Source of the DNA: Mobula hypostoma
Taxonomy: Eukaryota
Assembly (NCBI RefSeq): GCF_963921235.1
Contig: NC_086119.1
Span: forward strand, 32,550,001-32,614,000
Length of the DNA: 64,000 nt
Direction: 5' to 3'
The stretch's first letter is position 1. Every line of letters begins with the position of its first letter. Of this stretch, positions 39,301-51,213 are shown piece by piece. The translations under genes were made by a program, and so were the position numbers. Below the pieces are notes generated by a model, which saw only the letters and a program-made list of their open reading frames with translations, was not told where the DNA came from and made no database searches.

Positions 39301-40514
39301 CGTGCATCATTGGACTACAGCCTTTGTGGAGTGCCAGCAGGCAAAATTTAACTGCCATATCCAGCACCATTGGCACCTTTTGAGATCCCTGAGCAAGCTT
39401 TGACCATGTCTATTTGACCTTGTTTGTCCTCTTCCTTTCTCCCGTGGTTTCACGCATCTCCTTACCAAGGTAGCCAGAGATGTGGCTCCGGTGTTCATCA
39501 GCACCTGGGTCGCTCAGTTTGGCACCCCATTTGACATTTCGTCTGACCACAGTCCCCAATTCACATCGGACCTCTGGGCTGCGATGGCCCAGAACCTCTG
39601 TGTTAGGCCACATCACACCACAGCGTATCAACCGCCGTCCAATGGGGCTATGTTAGTAGTTTCACTGCTCCTTAAAGGCTGCTCTGAGGGCATCCCTGAC
39701 CAATGAGTGTTGGCGTGATCATCTTCCATGAGTCCTGCTGTGGCTCAGAACAGCTCCAAAAGAGGCCCCGCGGTCTTCTGCAGCTGAATTGTTATACGGA
39801 CGGTCAGCACAAGTGCCAGGTGATTTCATCCCTGATGCCTTGGCTGCCCGGTTAGCTTCTCAACAGTATTTCACCTTCCTCAGAAAATTCCATTCCTTTT
39901 CACCTATTCCTACCTTCTGCCATGATGTGGAGCACCCTTGGCCTATGTTCCTCCTGATCTACATCCCCTTCATCTGTTTTTGCCTGCCATGATGCAGACT
40001 AATGTTCTCTTAGGCCCATGGCCCATTCCATGTTTTGGAATGGGGAGAAAAGACTTTTATCATAGATATGAGGGGGAAACCTGAACATAGTTTGGTAGAT
40101 AGCCTTAAACCAGCCCACGAAGACTTGGAGGGTTCCGCTACCATGCCCCTGCCATCACGACATGACAACGAGCATGTCAACACACCTCTTGACAAGCCAG
40201 ATGGGTCCTCCACCCATAGAATATAGGATCTGATCCGGGCAGTTCATCCAGGCTCTGGACTAGCTCACAATTCCAGTTTTAATGAATTCTGCAGGGGTGG
40301 GGTGGCCTGTGTAGGGTAATATAATTGATGCAAATGTACATAATTCACAACCACCGACATTGAATTAGGGTTTTACTTTAAGAGGCTGGTCTGATATTAT
40401 GATGCAATTATGTAAAGGGCTTTTAGCATGCTTTATGTTCAGGTTTTGGAGTTCAATAAATGTGATGTTATAGTTTCCTAAACCCTCACGTTGCTTGATT
40501 TGCAAAAACCTACA
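36385..40514 (+). mobile_element. Decayed full-structure Gypsy LTR retrotransposon
   Basis: 205-bp LTRs 36385-36589 and 40310-40514 (tgtagg...cctaca), TGG PBS at 36591, PPT before 3' LTR, flanks ctaa/gtaa; gag, PR, RT (YLDD about 38213), RNase H (DHKPL), IN (HHTTAY.P.SNG). Confidence 0.95.
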
Positions 40515-41106
40515 GTAATACCACACGACTCTTTGAGGAACAATATCCGAATTCCAGGAAGGACATGATGCCTGAGATACGGCTGTAATCCTTTGCCTAT
40601 CCAAGCTTCTAAAAGCCATTAAGACTGTTAAAGATTTGGATAAATTGTAGAACCTGCCCTACTTTCCTTACTTGGCATACAAATTTCTTGAATATCTTAC
40701 ATTTCATTTAATTAATATACCGATTATTTTTCTTTGCAGATTTATCAAATTACTTAAAAGCATACAAAAATATTGAGTTTCAAAAAATGTCAATTGAATC
40801 AAATAATTTATATTAGCTTTATTCATTATATATTTTGCAGATGCAATTTAAGTTGAAATGTCAAAGAAAATGAAGTACTGTATGATGAAAACTATGTATT
40901 CTCTGATTTCACTTGCATTAATGGATGTGATAAGACACAAAAGCCACAGTGCTTTTTGTGCCGAAAAATTCTTGCAAATTGAAGTATGAAACCAGCAAAA
41001 CTGAAAGAGCACTTCACATCTGTCCGTCCTGAAAATGCATCTAAAGATGCAGGTTTTTGTTTTGTGCAAAGGACCCTCAATTCAAAGAAGTTGGGACACT
41101 TCTAAA

Positions 41107-41350
41107 CCGCAAGCAACAGGAATTCTGCAGATGCTGGAAATTCAAGCAACACACATCAAAGTTGCTGGTGAACGCAGCAGGCCAGGCAGCATCTCTAGGA
41201 AGAGGTACAGTGGACGTTTCAGGCCGAGACCCTTCGTCTCGTCCTTCAGTTAGTCCTGATGATGGGTGTCGGCCTGAAACGTCGACTATACCACTTCCTA
41301 GAGATGCTGCCTGGCCTGCTGCGTTCACCAGCAACTTTGATGTGTGTTGC
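41107..41350. mobile_element. 244-bp fold-back PLE-terminus insertion
   Basis: Exact 15-bp TSD tgggacacttctaaa (41092-41106, 41351-41365); about 87-bp inverted arms 41146-41232 / 41264-41350. Confidence 0.95.
41252..41287 (+). ncRNA. Minimal hammerhead ribozyme motif (core intact, stem II weakened)
   Basis: agtc-ctgatga-tgggtgtcggcct-gaaa-cgtc-gact. Confidence 0.75.
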
Positions 41351-42954
41351 TGGGACACTTCTAAAACTTGGTTTTGCCATTTCACTGAAACCTTTTCATG
41401 AAGCGTCCCATAAAGTTGCTTACTGTATTGCCAAACAAAAGAAGCCCCACACTATTGGAAAGACCTTAGAAGAGCCACGTGGGCTGGACGTGGTCAAACT
41501 GGTTTGTGAACTGGAGAAAAAAAAGGAAACAGTTCCCTTATCAAATAATGTGATACGTTAGAGAATAGTTGATGTTCCTTTTAACATTTTGAAGCAGGCC
41601 ACTGAGGAATTGGCAGCCTCGCAATTCTCATTCAGTATGCAACTGGATGAAACTACAGACATTTCTCAATGTAGTCAGCTCCTTGTTTATGTTTGTTATG
41701 CACATGCTGACACCACCAAAGGAAAATATGTATCTTGTGAGTTGCTTTTGGAAACTACAAAGGCTGTTGACATTTTGGAGATGGTAAAAAAGAGATTTTG
41801 CCAAAGTGGAAAGAAAACCTTGATAGTTTTTGCGCAGATGCTTGGTGATACATCTGGTTTTACTACTTGTTGAAAAAGGAAGCTCCTCATATCATCACTC
41901 ATTGTTTTTTATACAGTCTTGCACTAGCAACAAAGATTCTTCCAACAACCCTGAAAGAAGTTTTGTCAACAGACATGAAAGTCATCAAGTTTATTAGAAG
42001 TAGCTCTGAATAATCACATTTTTAAAAGACTTTGTCAAGAAATGAGTGCAGAATATGACAAGCTTCTCTACCACACATAAGTTTGCTGGCTTTCAAAAGG
42101 ACAAGTCTTAAAGTGCTTGTTTGAACTAAACACAGAAGTTTCACTTTTTCTGAAAGAAAAAGAAAACCTAATCTTGGAACAGTTTGGAAAAAGGATTGTA
42201 CCCATGGGATTGCTTATCTGGCAGATATGTTTGACAAATGTGAATGAAATAAATCTTTCAATTCAAGGTCCTGGAGTCACTATTATGGATGCTACTGAAA
42301 TATTACAAGCTTCCTTGGCTAAGCTGCCAATATGGAAGAAGGGAGTAGAGGCAAACTTTGAAATTTTGCAGGAAGATGGAGTTGAGATACAAAATTCTCT
42401 CTCAAGTACTATTTCCATCTTGATGGCATTAGAATTGATCCATGGATCTGCAATAATTTACTTTCTGATATAAACTCTATTGAATATGTTGATCTAGCTG
42501 AAGATGAACTCATTGCTCTTAGGACAAAACAGACTTACTGCAGTTGGAGTTTAACTTAAAAAAACTTGCAGAATTCTGGTGTTCTTTGAGAGAAGCCTAT
42601 CCTTGCCTTGTAAAGTGAGCTATGTAAGTTTTAATTCCATTTGCAACAACATAACTTGTGAACCATTAAAATGAAATACAAAGGATTACAAAAGAAACCA
42701 ATTATATTGAAAAACAGTTATCAAAATATGTTTAAAAATTGTGATATGGTAATATCTGCTTTCTCTATGTGAAAAGTTTATGTTCTTATTCAAGCTAAAC
42801 AACAAAACCCTTCATACTGATATGTCTTTAAAAAATAAAATTTAATTTTAACTTGCAAACAACAGGAATTCTGCAGATGCTGGAAATTCAAGCAACACAC
42901 ATCAAAGTTGCTGGTGAACGCAGCAGGCCAGGCAGCATCTCTAGGAAGAGGTAC

Positions 42955-42990
42955 AGTCGACGTTTCAGGCCGAGACCCTCCGTCAGGACT
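42955..42990 (-). ncRNA. Minimal hammerhead motif, A9G variant
   Basis: agtc-ctgacgg-agggtctcggcct-gaaa-cgtc-gact. Confidence 0.7.
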
Positions 42991-43359
42991 AACTGAAGGA
43001 AGAGTTACTAAGAGATTTGAAAGTGGGAGGGAGAGGGGGATATCCAAAATGATAGGAGAAGACAGGAGGGGGAGGGATGGAGCCAAGAGCTGGACAGGTG
43101 ATTGGGAAAGGCGATATGAGAGGATCATGGGACAGGAGGCCCGGGGAGAAAGACAAGGTGGGGGGGGAACCCAGAGGATGGGCAAGGGGTATAGTCAGAG
43201 GGACAGAGGGAGAAAAAGGAGAGTGAGAGAAAGAATGTGTGTATAAAAATAAATAACAGATGGGGTACTGGGGGAGGTGGGGCATTAGCGGAAGTTAGAG
43301 AAGTCAATGTTCATGCCATCAGGTTGGAGGCTACCCAGACGGAATATAAGGTGTTGTTC

Positions 43360-44756
43360 ATAGATAGAATCATAGAACAGTACAGCACAGTACAGGCCCT
43401 TCGGCCCACAATGTTGTGCCGACCCTCAAACCCTGCCTCCCATATAAGCCCCCACCTTAGATTCCTCCATATACCTGTCTAGTAGTCTCTTAAACTTCAC
43501 TAGTGTATCTGCCTCCACCACTGACTCAGGCAGTGCATTCCACGCACGAACCACTCTCTGAGTAAAAAACCTTCCTCTAATATCTCCCTTGAACTTCCCA
43601 CCTCTTACCTTAAAGCCATGTCCTCTTGTATTGAGCAGTGGTGCCCTGGGGAAGAGGCGCTGGCTATCCACTCTATCTATTCCTCTTATTATCTTGTACA
43701 CCTCAATCATGTCTCCTCTCATCCTCCTTCTCTCCAAAGAGTAAAGCCCTAGCTCCCTTAATCTCTGATCATAATGCATACTTTCTAAACCAGGCAGCAT
43801 CCTGGTAAATCTCCTCTGTACCCTTTCCAATGCTTCCACATCCTTCCCATAGTGAGGTGACCAGAACTGGACACAATACTCCAAGTGTGGCCTAACCAGA
43901 GTTTTATAGAGCTGCATCATTACATCGCGACTCTTAAACTCTATCCCTCGACTTATGAAAGCTAACACCCCATAAGCTTTCTTAACTACCCTATCCACCT
44001 GTGAGCCAACTTTCAGGGATCTGTGGACATTACCCCGAGATCCCTCTGCTCCTCCACACTACCAAGTATCCTGCCATTTACTTTGTACTCTGCCTTGGAG
44101 TTTGTCCTTCCAAAGTGTACCACCTCACACTTCTCCGGGTTGAACTCCATCTGCCACTTCTCAGCCCACTTCTGCATCCTATCAATGTCTCTCTGCAATC
44201 TTTGACAATCCTCTACACTAGCTACAACACCACCAACCTTTGTGTCCTCTGCAAACTTGCCAACCCACCCTTCTACCCCCACATCCAGGTCGTTAATAAA
44301 AATCACGAAAAGTAGAGGTCCCAGAACAGATCCTTGTGGGACACCACTAGTCACAATCCTCCAATCTGAATGTACTCCCTCCACCACCACCCTCTGCCTT
44401 CTGCAGGCAAGCCAATTCTGAATCCACCTGGCCAAACTTCCCTGGATCCCATGCCTACTAACTTTCTGAATAAGCCTACCGTGTGGAACCTTGTCAAATG
44501 CCTTACTAAAATCCATATAGATCACATCCACTGCACTACCCTCATCTATATACCTGGTCACCTCCTCAAAGAACTCTATCAGGCTTGTTAGACACGATCT
44601 GCCCTTCACAAAGCCATGCTGACTGTCCCTGATCAGACCATGATTCTCTAAATGCCTATAGATCCTATCTCTAAGAATCTTTTCCAACAGCTTTCCCACC
44701 ACAGACGTAAGGCTCACTGGTCTATAATTACCTGGACTATCCCTACTACCTTTTTT
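43360..44756 (-). mobile_element. Young CR1 LINE nested in the PLE
   Basis: RT (YRPVSLTS, DFSKAFD, GVPQGSVLGP, FAED) and C-terminus ORF 43426-43998; PLE sequence resumes on both sides (gtgttgttc | ctccaacc). Confidence 0.95.
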
Positions 44757-45011
44757 TTCCTCCAACCTGAGTGTGGCTTCATCTTTACAGTAGAGTAGGC
44801 CGTGGATAGACATGTCAGAATGGGAATGGGATGTGGAATTAAAATGTGTGGCCACTGGGAGATCCTGCTTTCTCTGGCGGACAGAGCGTAGGTGTTCAGC
44901 AAAGCGGTCTCCCAGTCTGCGTCGGGTCTCGCCAATATATAAAAGGCCACATCGGGAGCACCGGACGCAGTATATCACCCCAGCCGACTCACAGGTGAAG
45001 TGTTGCCTCAC
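44013..45011 (-). other. Chimeric ORF: PLE GIY-YIG fused in frame to CR1 RT
   Basis: 332-aa ORF; junction ...EATLRLEE | KKGSRDSPGNYRP... at about 44757. Confidence 0.85.
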
Positions 45012-45590
45012 CTGGAAGGACTGTCTGGGGCCCTGAATGGTGGTAAGGGAGGAAGTGTAAGGGCATGTGTAGCACTTGTTCCGCTTACACGGATAAGTGC
45101 CAGGAGGGAGATCAGTGGGTAAGGATGGGGGAGATGAATGGACAAGGGAGTCGCATAGGGAGCGATCCCTGCGGAAAGCAGAGAGAGGGGGGAGGGAAAG
45201 ATGTGCTTAGTGGTGGGATCCCGTTGGAGGTGGCGGAAGTTACGGAGAATAATATGTTGGACCCGGAGGCTGGTGGGGTGGTAGGTGAGGACCAGGGGAA
45301 CCCTATTTCTAGTGGGTGGCGGGAGGGTGGAGTGAGAGCAGATGTGCGTGAAATGGGGGAGATTTTAACTTACTTATATTTTAAATGTATGGCATTGTTA
45401 TTTAATCCTTTGTATTTCATTTTATATATTCAAATACATTATTCTGAGAAGGGGTCCATAGGCTTCACGGGACTGTCAAAGGGGTCCATGGCATTAAAAA
45501 AAGGTAAAGAACCCCTATTGTAGAGGTTGCTTTGTATTAGTTTGGCTGTTTTCAAACCTGAGCAGAAGTTTTCTGGACTATAGTTGTATG

Positions 45591-45595
<5 letters not shown>

Positions 45596-45624
<29 letters not shown>
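45596..45624 (+). repeat. (GA)n microsatellite
   Basis: Direct read. Confidence 0.95.
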
Positions 45625-45694
45625 CAAGACACTGAGAAAGAGAAAAAGGGGTGGGAGGGAAGAAGAGAGAAACAGATACAGAAGGATTATATAT

Positions 45695-46385
45695 TCAAAA
45701 TCAAATGGTTCAGTTTAATATCAGGGAAAGTATGCAGTACAAAACCTGACATTCTTACACTTCGCAGACATCCATGAAACAAGAAACCCCAAAGAATGAA
45801 TGACAGAAACTTCAGAACACCAAATTAATCAAATCGAGAGGCCATCAAAAATTGCAGTCCATAACCCAGCACTTCAATATCCCATCAAGGGAGAGAGAGG
45901 TCACTCTCCTGCAACAATGAGAGTGGAGACCAGCAACTCATTGTTCCAATTTTACAATCTTCCGTGTCGTTTCTCCAAGCTCCCCAACTCAGGGTCCGAC
46001 AGGCTGTCACTCTTCATCCAGGGAGAGAGAGAGAGAGAGAGAGATGGATGGCTTGAATACAAAGGTCTTCTTCCTGCAGCAGCACACACCCCCTGCTGTG
46101 TCAATGTTTCAGTCTCCCACAATACTTCAGTCAGTGAAATCGGCGAAGAATTGGGTCATCTACGGGGCCACTCCTTTAAGCTGCATATCTTCCAGGCCGT
46201 TCCTGGAGATAGCGAAGCGCCAGGATGCACACTGTTGAAAATCGTAGCTTGAACTGTAGATCATGGCCTCCGACAGAACCCCAACCTTGAAGAGAAAAGA
46301 AAGACATAAGAGAAGAAGAATAGTTGTTTTGTGGACAACCTGGGAGAGGTTGCCAGAGTCTGCGAGCACTGCTGGCACCTCCTTT
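45695..46385 (-). mobile_element. Non-autonomous element family B
   Basis: Tail and body resemble 17861-18400 and 27870-27990. Confidence 0.5.
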
Positions 46386-46969
46386 CCTACTAGTACGAGA
46401 TTTCCAAACAAGTGTGAAATTTTTTTAAGAAATATCAATATTCTCAAATAGTGGTGTGATCTCTGTTTCTCTGTGCAGAGATGTTATATGACCTATTGTG
46501 TATTTCTAGCATTTTCCATTCATTTTTCCTCTATTTGATTCACTTACTTGTGTGTACTAGATTTATACATACAGAAGCTGCTGGAGATGGAATTAGGGCG
46601 CAATGTTGTTAAATTATGTAATTGTGGTGGAAGTCTCCACTGGAAATTTCAAGGGCCTTGAATGGTATTGCAGACATTGATAGTAGGTGAAGTCCTGACA
46701 AAGAATAACTAAGGTGGGGGAAACCTTTCCTGAGATCTGATTGGAGAATGGACCATCAATCACGGTATACTCACTGATGCACCATGTCTTTAAGGTGAGG
46801 CCCTTTCTGTGTGATGGGGGTAGGAGGGGAGCAATCATACCATGGCTACCTCCAGGTGCCGAACTCCACAATACAATGCCCAATGGAGATGGGGTGTCAA
46901 ATCCTATGCCTGACCCACAAACCCCTAAACAGGCAATGTATCTGAGTCTCTCAGCTTAGAGCAGTGACT

Positions 46970-47320
46970 TGAGTTGCCTACAAAATGTGGTAGATGCAGC
47001 CCAGTCCATCAAAGGAACAACCCTCCCCACCACTGAGCACATCTCAGGGAGTGCTACCACAAGAAAGCAGCATCCCTCATCAAGGACTCCCACCATCCAT
47101 GGAATGCTCTCTTCTTGCTGCTACCATCGGGAAGGAGCACTAGGACCCACACCACCAGATTCAGGAACAGTTATGACCCTGCAATCACCAGATTTCTGAA
47201 CCAACATGTATAACTTCACTCACCTCATCACTGAAATGCTTCTACAAACAGTGGACTCAGCTACAAAGGCTCATGTTCACAGTATTATTTATTCATTGAT
47301 TTTTATTAGTATATTTTTAT
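46970..47320 (+). mobile_element. Rex1/Babar 3' fragment
   Basis: LQNVVDAAQSI.GT.LP...IKD.HHP...LLPSG...RFRNS. Confidence 0.7.
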
Positions 47321-47364
47321 TTCTTCAGCTCAAGCAAATAAAACCCAAGGTATAGGCATAGCCA

Positions 47365-49105
47365 AGCACACTCATTTCTCAATTGCTAGGAACTTTCAGA
47401 CAATTCTAGTGCTGTTTACTATTGTGGCTTTCTGGAAATTTACATTGCTGTGTAGGCCAAACCATTTAATACTATTGTGTATTGACTTTGGGATGATACC
47501 AGTTGTAGATATTATTGGGACAATGCATAGTATACCTGTTCATGTTCCATAGTCCTTCAATTTCCTCTTTTAATTCAGCACATTTCTGTCATAATATAAT
47601 CTAAAGGACTCTAACTCTAAAAACTAGATCAGACTTGTATTTATAGTAAGGTATGTGTCTTTTATGAGTTTTTATTTTAAAACTAGATTTTGGTGAATGA
47701 TACTTTCCACTTGATTGTACTGTATTGGCTGTATTCAGATTGAGTTAAACTGCCGCAGGATCCTGAAATTCGTTGGTTTCTCTTGGCATTTTCTGCATTT
47801 ATCACCTTGAATTTGTTGGTCTATTATTATGTGTTTTTGATAATTTTTTTTCTGTTAACCACCTGGTCCTGTATAACCACAAGGAACCCTTCTGCTTCTA
47901 GAAAGACGTCTCCAAATCTGAGCCAAACATTCAATACTTCCTTGTTGACATTTAGTCTGCTCAGATCATAGGGATGTCTATCATTGGTTAACTTTTTCTT
48001 CTGTAGTGATAATTTCCTAATTTTTCTGGGTTGTGTTTTCACTTAAGTTTAGTGGTATGTACTCCTTATCAGGATTGCATATGTTCACATGAAGAGCTGA
48101 ATGCTGTTTTCCTTGATGAATGTACATCCTTAGAAGTTTTATCTGACTGTTATGTAAACTTTTTGAGTCTGTTATTCCTCTTCCTCCTGCTGTCCTAGGT
48201 AGCATTAATCCAAGTGTGTTCAAGTGTATATAGACTTCTCTAAAATTTGTCATTCAGTTCTTATTTTTCTTAGTAAAATTTCCAGATTGGTTTCAGACCA
48301 AGATACTGTACTAAAAGAACACATTAATATGGGTATAGCTTAAGTGTTCTTTCCCTTTTGGTGTATTTTTACTGTTAAGCTCTGTTCAGCAGATTTTCTT
48401 AAGCCTTTAAGTAAATTCTATCAAAAGTTTTCCCTTTATCGCACTCTGATCTATTTTCTTTGCTTGTTGATATCCCAGATACTTATATGTTTAATATTCA
48501 TCCATCAGTTATATTGTATCCTGCTGCTCTGTTTTATATTCTACTAGCTCTATTGCACCTTTCTTTATGTTTAATGTTTTACACTTATTTAGTCCAAAGT
48601 TCATGTTTATATGTTTAGAAAATAGTTCTATTTGAATTAATTTCTTTAGTTTTACCAATAAAGGAGCATATAATTTCAAATTGTCCATAGGTATAAGGTG
48701 TGTCACGGCATAATTCATTTTGTTGTTTCTGTTTTGATACCCTATTTTCATCCAATTCAGTAATTTTGAGAGCTGGCTTAAAGCTAGACAAAGTCATAGT
48801 GGACTTAAAGAATCACCCTGAAAAATGCGTCAGTTTATTCTGATATCGGTGGTTGTTTACATCTAGGGTGACTATAGTATGCAAGTGCTTCGTCAGACAT
48901 TGTAGGATTTTTAAAAGTATTGGGTAAAGTCTATATAAAGAATTTCTATTAACCATGGATGTGGGACAGAATCAAATGCTTTTTGGTAGGCAATATAACA
49001 ATGTGAAAGATACCTGCTTTTCCACCGGGGTTGATTTATAATTACAGGATCTATTATCAGCTGTTCTTTACATGCTTTCATACCCTTAAGGCATCCTTTC
49101 TACTC
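47365..49105 (-). mobile_element. Decayed R4/Dong-like (RLE-type) non-LTR retrotransposon
   Basis: YQKAFDSVP, IFQGDSLSPL, MDNLKLYA, FGLNKCK, LPR..GGRG, EGF...IQDQV, terminal QKATIVNSTRIV. Confidence 0.8.
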
Positions 49106-50379
49106 TTATTATTATTAGTCTTTTTTTTGTATTAGCGTAGTCTGCCTTCTTTTGCACATTGGTTGCTTGTCAGTCTTTGTGTGTCGTTTTTCACTGATTC
49201 TACTGTATTTCTTAGTTCTACTGTGAACACCCACAAGAAAATGAATCTCAGATTAGTATATGATGACATATACATACTTTAATAGGAAATTTATTTTGAA
49301 CTTTGAGTTGGGAATCACCAAGAGATTACAAATCTGGGTTTGTCCCTCTTGTACCACACATACATAGCTACCATGCATCATAAAACTGAAAGCATGTGAT
49401 TTGCACTGTTTATTGAAAATTTAGCTGCACATCAGTGGCATGAGAAACTGCTGTAGCTCCCCACACACAGGGTCACTTCAGAGAATATTTCCATGTCCAA
49501 TACAATTTCTAGCCTTCTGCTTGAATCAAAATGATGCCTGGTGCCCTATCGCAGAGGTGAATTTTTCAAAGTTCTTTCAATATGTTGTAGGACACAAACT
49601 TCAATCAGTCAAATTCACATCTCATAATGAAGTTACTAAATGTTGTATAAATTCAGACTCTGTGTTTCTTATGCACAATGACGAAGTTATTACATTTCCA
49701 AACCTCTATTCCAGGACAGCTGGAATCTAAGAACTCTCATACAACAAGTCAGACTTCATTGGAACAATGGCTTTACCATGGATTATCTCAAGAGGCAGTA
49801 AGTAAATCTAAAAGGAAGAGTATGACTCTGATCTAGACAATATTCAGGACAGCTGGAAAAACATTCAGAGATCACAGTCACATTGCTTTTATAAGAATAA
49901 TCACCTCAGAGACCAGTCACCAGATCTGCATTCGTCCAAGGCCATAGCCTCATTGTTATTCACAAGTGCTTATTGATTTGCCTAATATAAGCTGGCAGGT
50001 GAACTCAAGTGTGGCTTGTAAACTATATGTTTCAGCAGGAGACTTGCTGTGAATAGCTAAGTTACATGCACAGTAGATAAAACATGTGGGATAATGGGAT
50101 TTATAATTTGGCTGAAAATTTAAAGAGAGTCCCTGCTTACTCACACTTTATATGTTCACACTCCCATGATTTCAAGCAACTATAACCTCAGGAGTCCTAT
50201 TTAAAATGCTACGTAAAATTGAGGAGGTGGGGGCCTAGTTCGAAGTTTCAAAAATCTCAAACAACATCCCAGTCCTTGCAGTGTATACCTTTTGTGCTTT
50301 TAATAGATAGAGACAGAATATGAAACATTGCCAAGAAGGCAGATTAGTTATTTAAATTGGCTCATAATGATATTGTGGT

Positions 50380-51070
50380 TAAAGTTTAAAGAAAATTTAC
50401 CAACATAGTACATATATGTCACCATATACTACCTTGAGATTTGTTTTCTTGTGGGAATTTACAGGAAAATAAAGAAATACAATAAAATGTATGTAAAACT
50501 ATGAATAACAAAGACAGACAACAACAAAAGTGTAAAAGTGACAAGTTGTGCAAATTATAAAAACAGTAAATAAATAATACTGTGTTGTAGAGTCCTTGAA
50601 CCTGGTTTAATATCATTGGCATATGTCATGAAATTTGTTGTTTTGCAGCAGCAGTACATTGAAATACATAATAATAAAAAATCAATAAAATATAATAATT
50701 ATATATACAGTATATAAAAAATAAATTAAATAAGTACTGCAAAACAAAAGAGGAAAGTTCTGAGGTGGTGTTCATGGATACATTGAAGCTGTTTGTGAAA
50801 CGTTGTGTGTGTGTTGTCAGGCTTCTGTACCTCCTTTTCGTAGGGAAAAATGAGAAGAGGACAGGTCCTGGGGGATGGTGGTCCTTAATGATGGATGCCA
50901 GCTGTCCTATTGAGGCATTGCCTTTCGAAAATGCCCTCAGTGCTGGGGAGGCTCGTGTCCATGATGGAGCTGGCTGAGTTTGCAACCTTCTGTGGCTTTT
51001 ACCAATCCTGTGCAGGGGGGCCAGGTCCTTGCTTAGGCAGGAGTTGATTCTGACCATGACTAACCTCTCA
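50380..51070 (-). mobile_element. Rex1/Babar 3' fragments
   Basis: SIIKD.H.PG..LF...RRYRSL.T.T.RF motif; two Rex-type tails. Confidence 0.7.
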
Positions 51071-51213
51071 AAGCATGTTTGAAAGTGAGTCTAGGTTGTG
51101 GAATCAGTTCAATGTTGAAGGTAAGTGAAGCTATCCATGCTTATTCAGGAGCTCGATGATTGAACAATAATAACTGTTCCTGTACCTATTGCTGTGGGAC
51201 CTAAGGCTCCTGT

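Larger units (their letters stand above)
40850..42660 (+). pseudogene. Decayed Buster-family hAT transposase
   Basis: BED finger remnant (PQCFLC...MKPAKLKEH), KKPHTIG, FSMQLDETTDISQCSQLLVYV, THCF, WLSKGQVL. Confidence 0.9.
42855..45361 (-). mobile_element. Neptune-type PLE, 5'-truncated, interrupted by CR1
   Basis: 10-bp TSD attttaactt (42845-42854, 45362-45371); linker PCKRNKCYTCP; GIY-YIG VIY...YIGET. Confidence 0.95.
35307..45517 (+). mobile_element. hAT (Buster/Charlie-type) DNA transposon, host of nested insertions
   Basis: TIRs cagggactcttaacct vs revcomp taggggttctttacct (12/16), subterminal ggggtcca repeats, 8-bp flanks ttcaaaag / ttgtagag (nnnTAnnn on right), internal transposase. 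Confidence 0.75.

Noticed and set aside
40850-42660. ZBED5/ZBED8/SCAND3-like domesticated gene
   Set aside because: Many stops and frameshifts, a PLE insertion and flanking TIRs show a dead transposon
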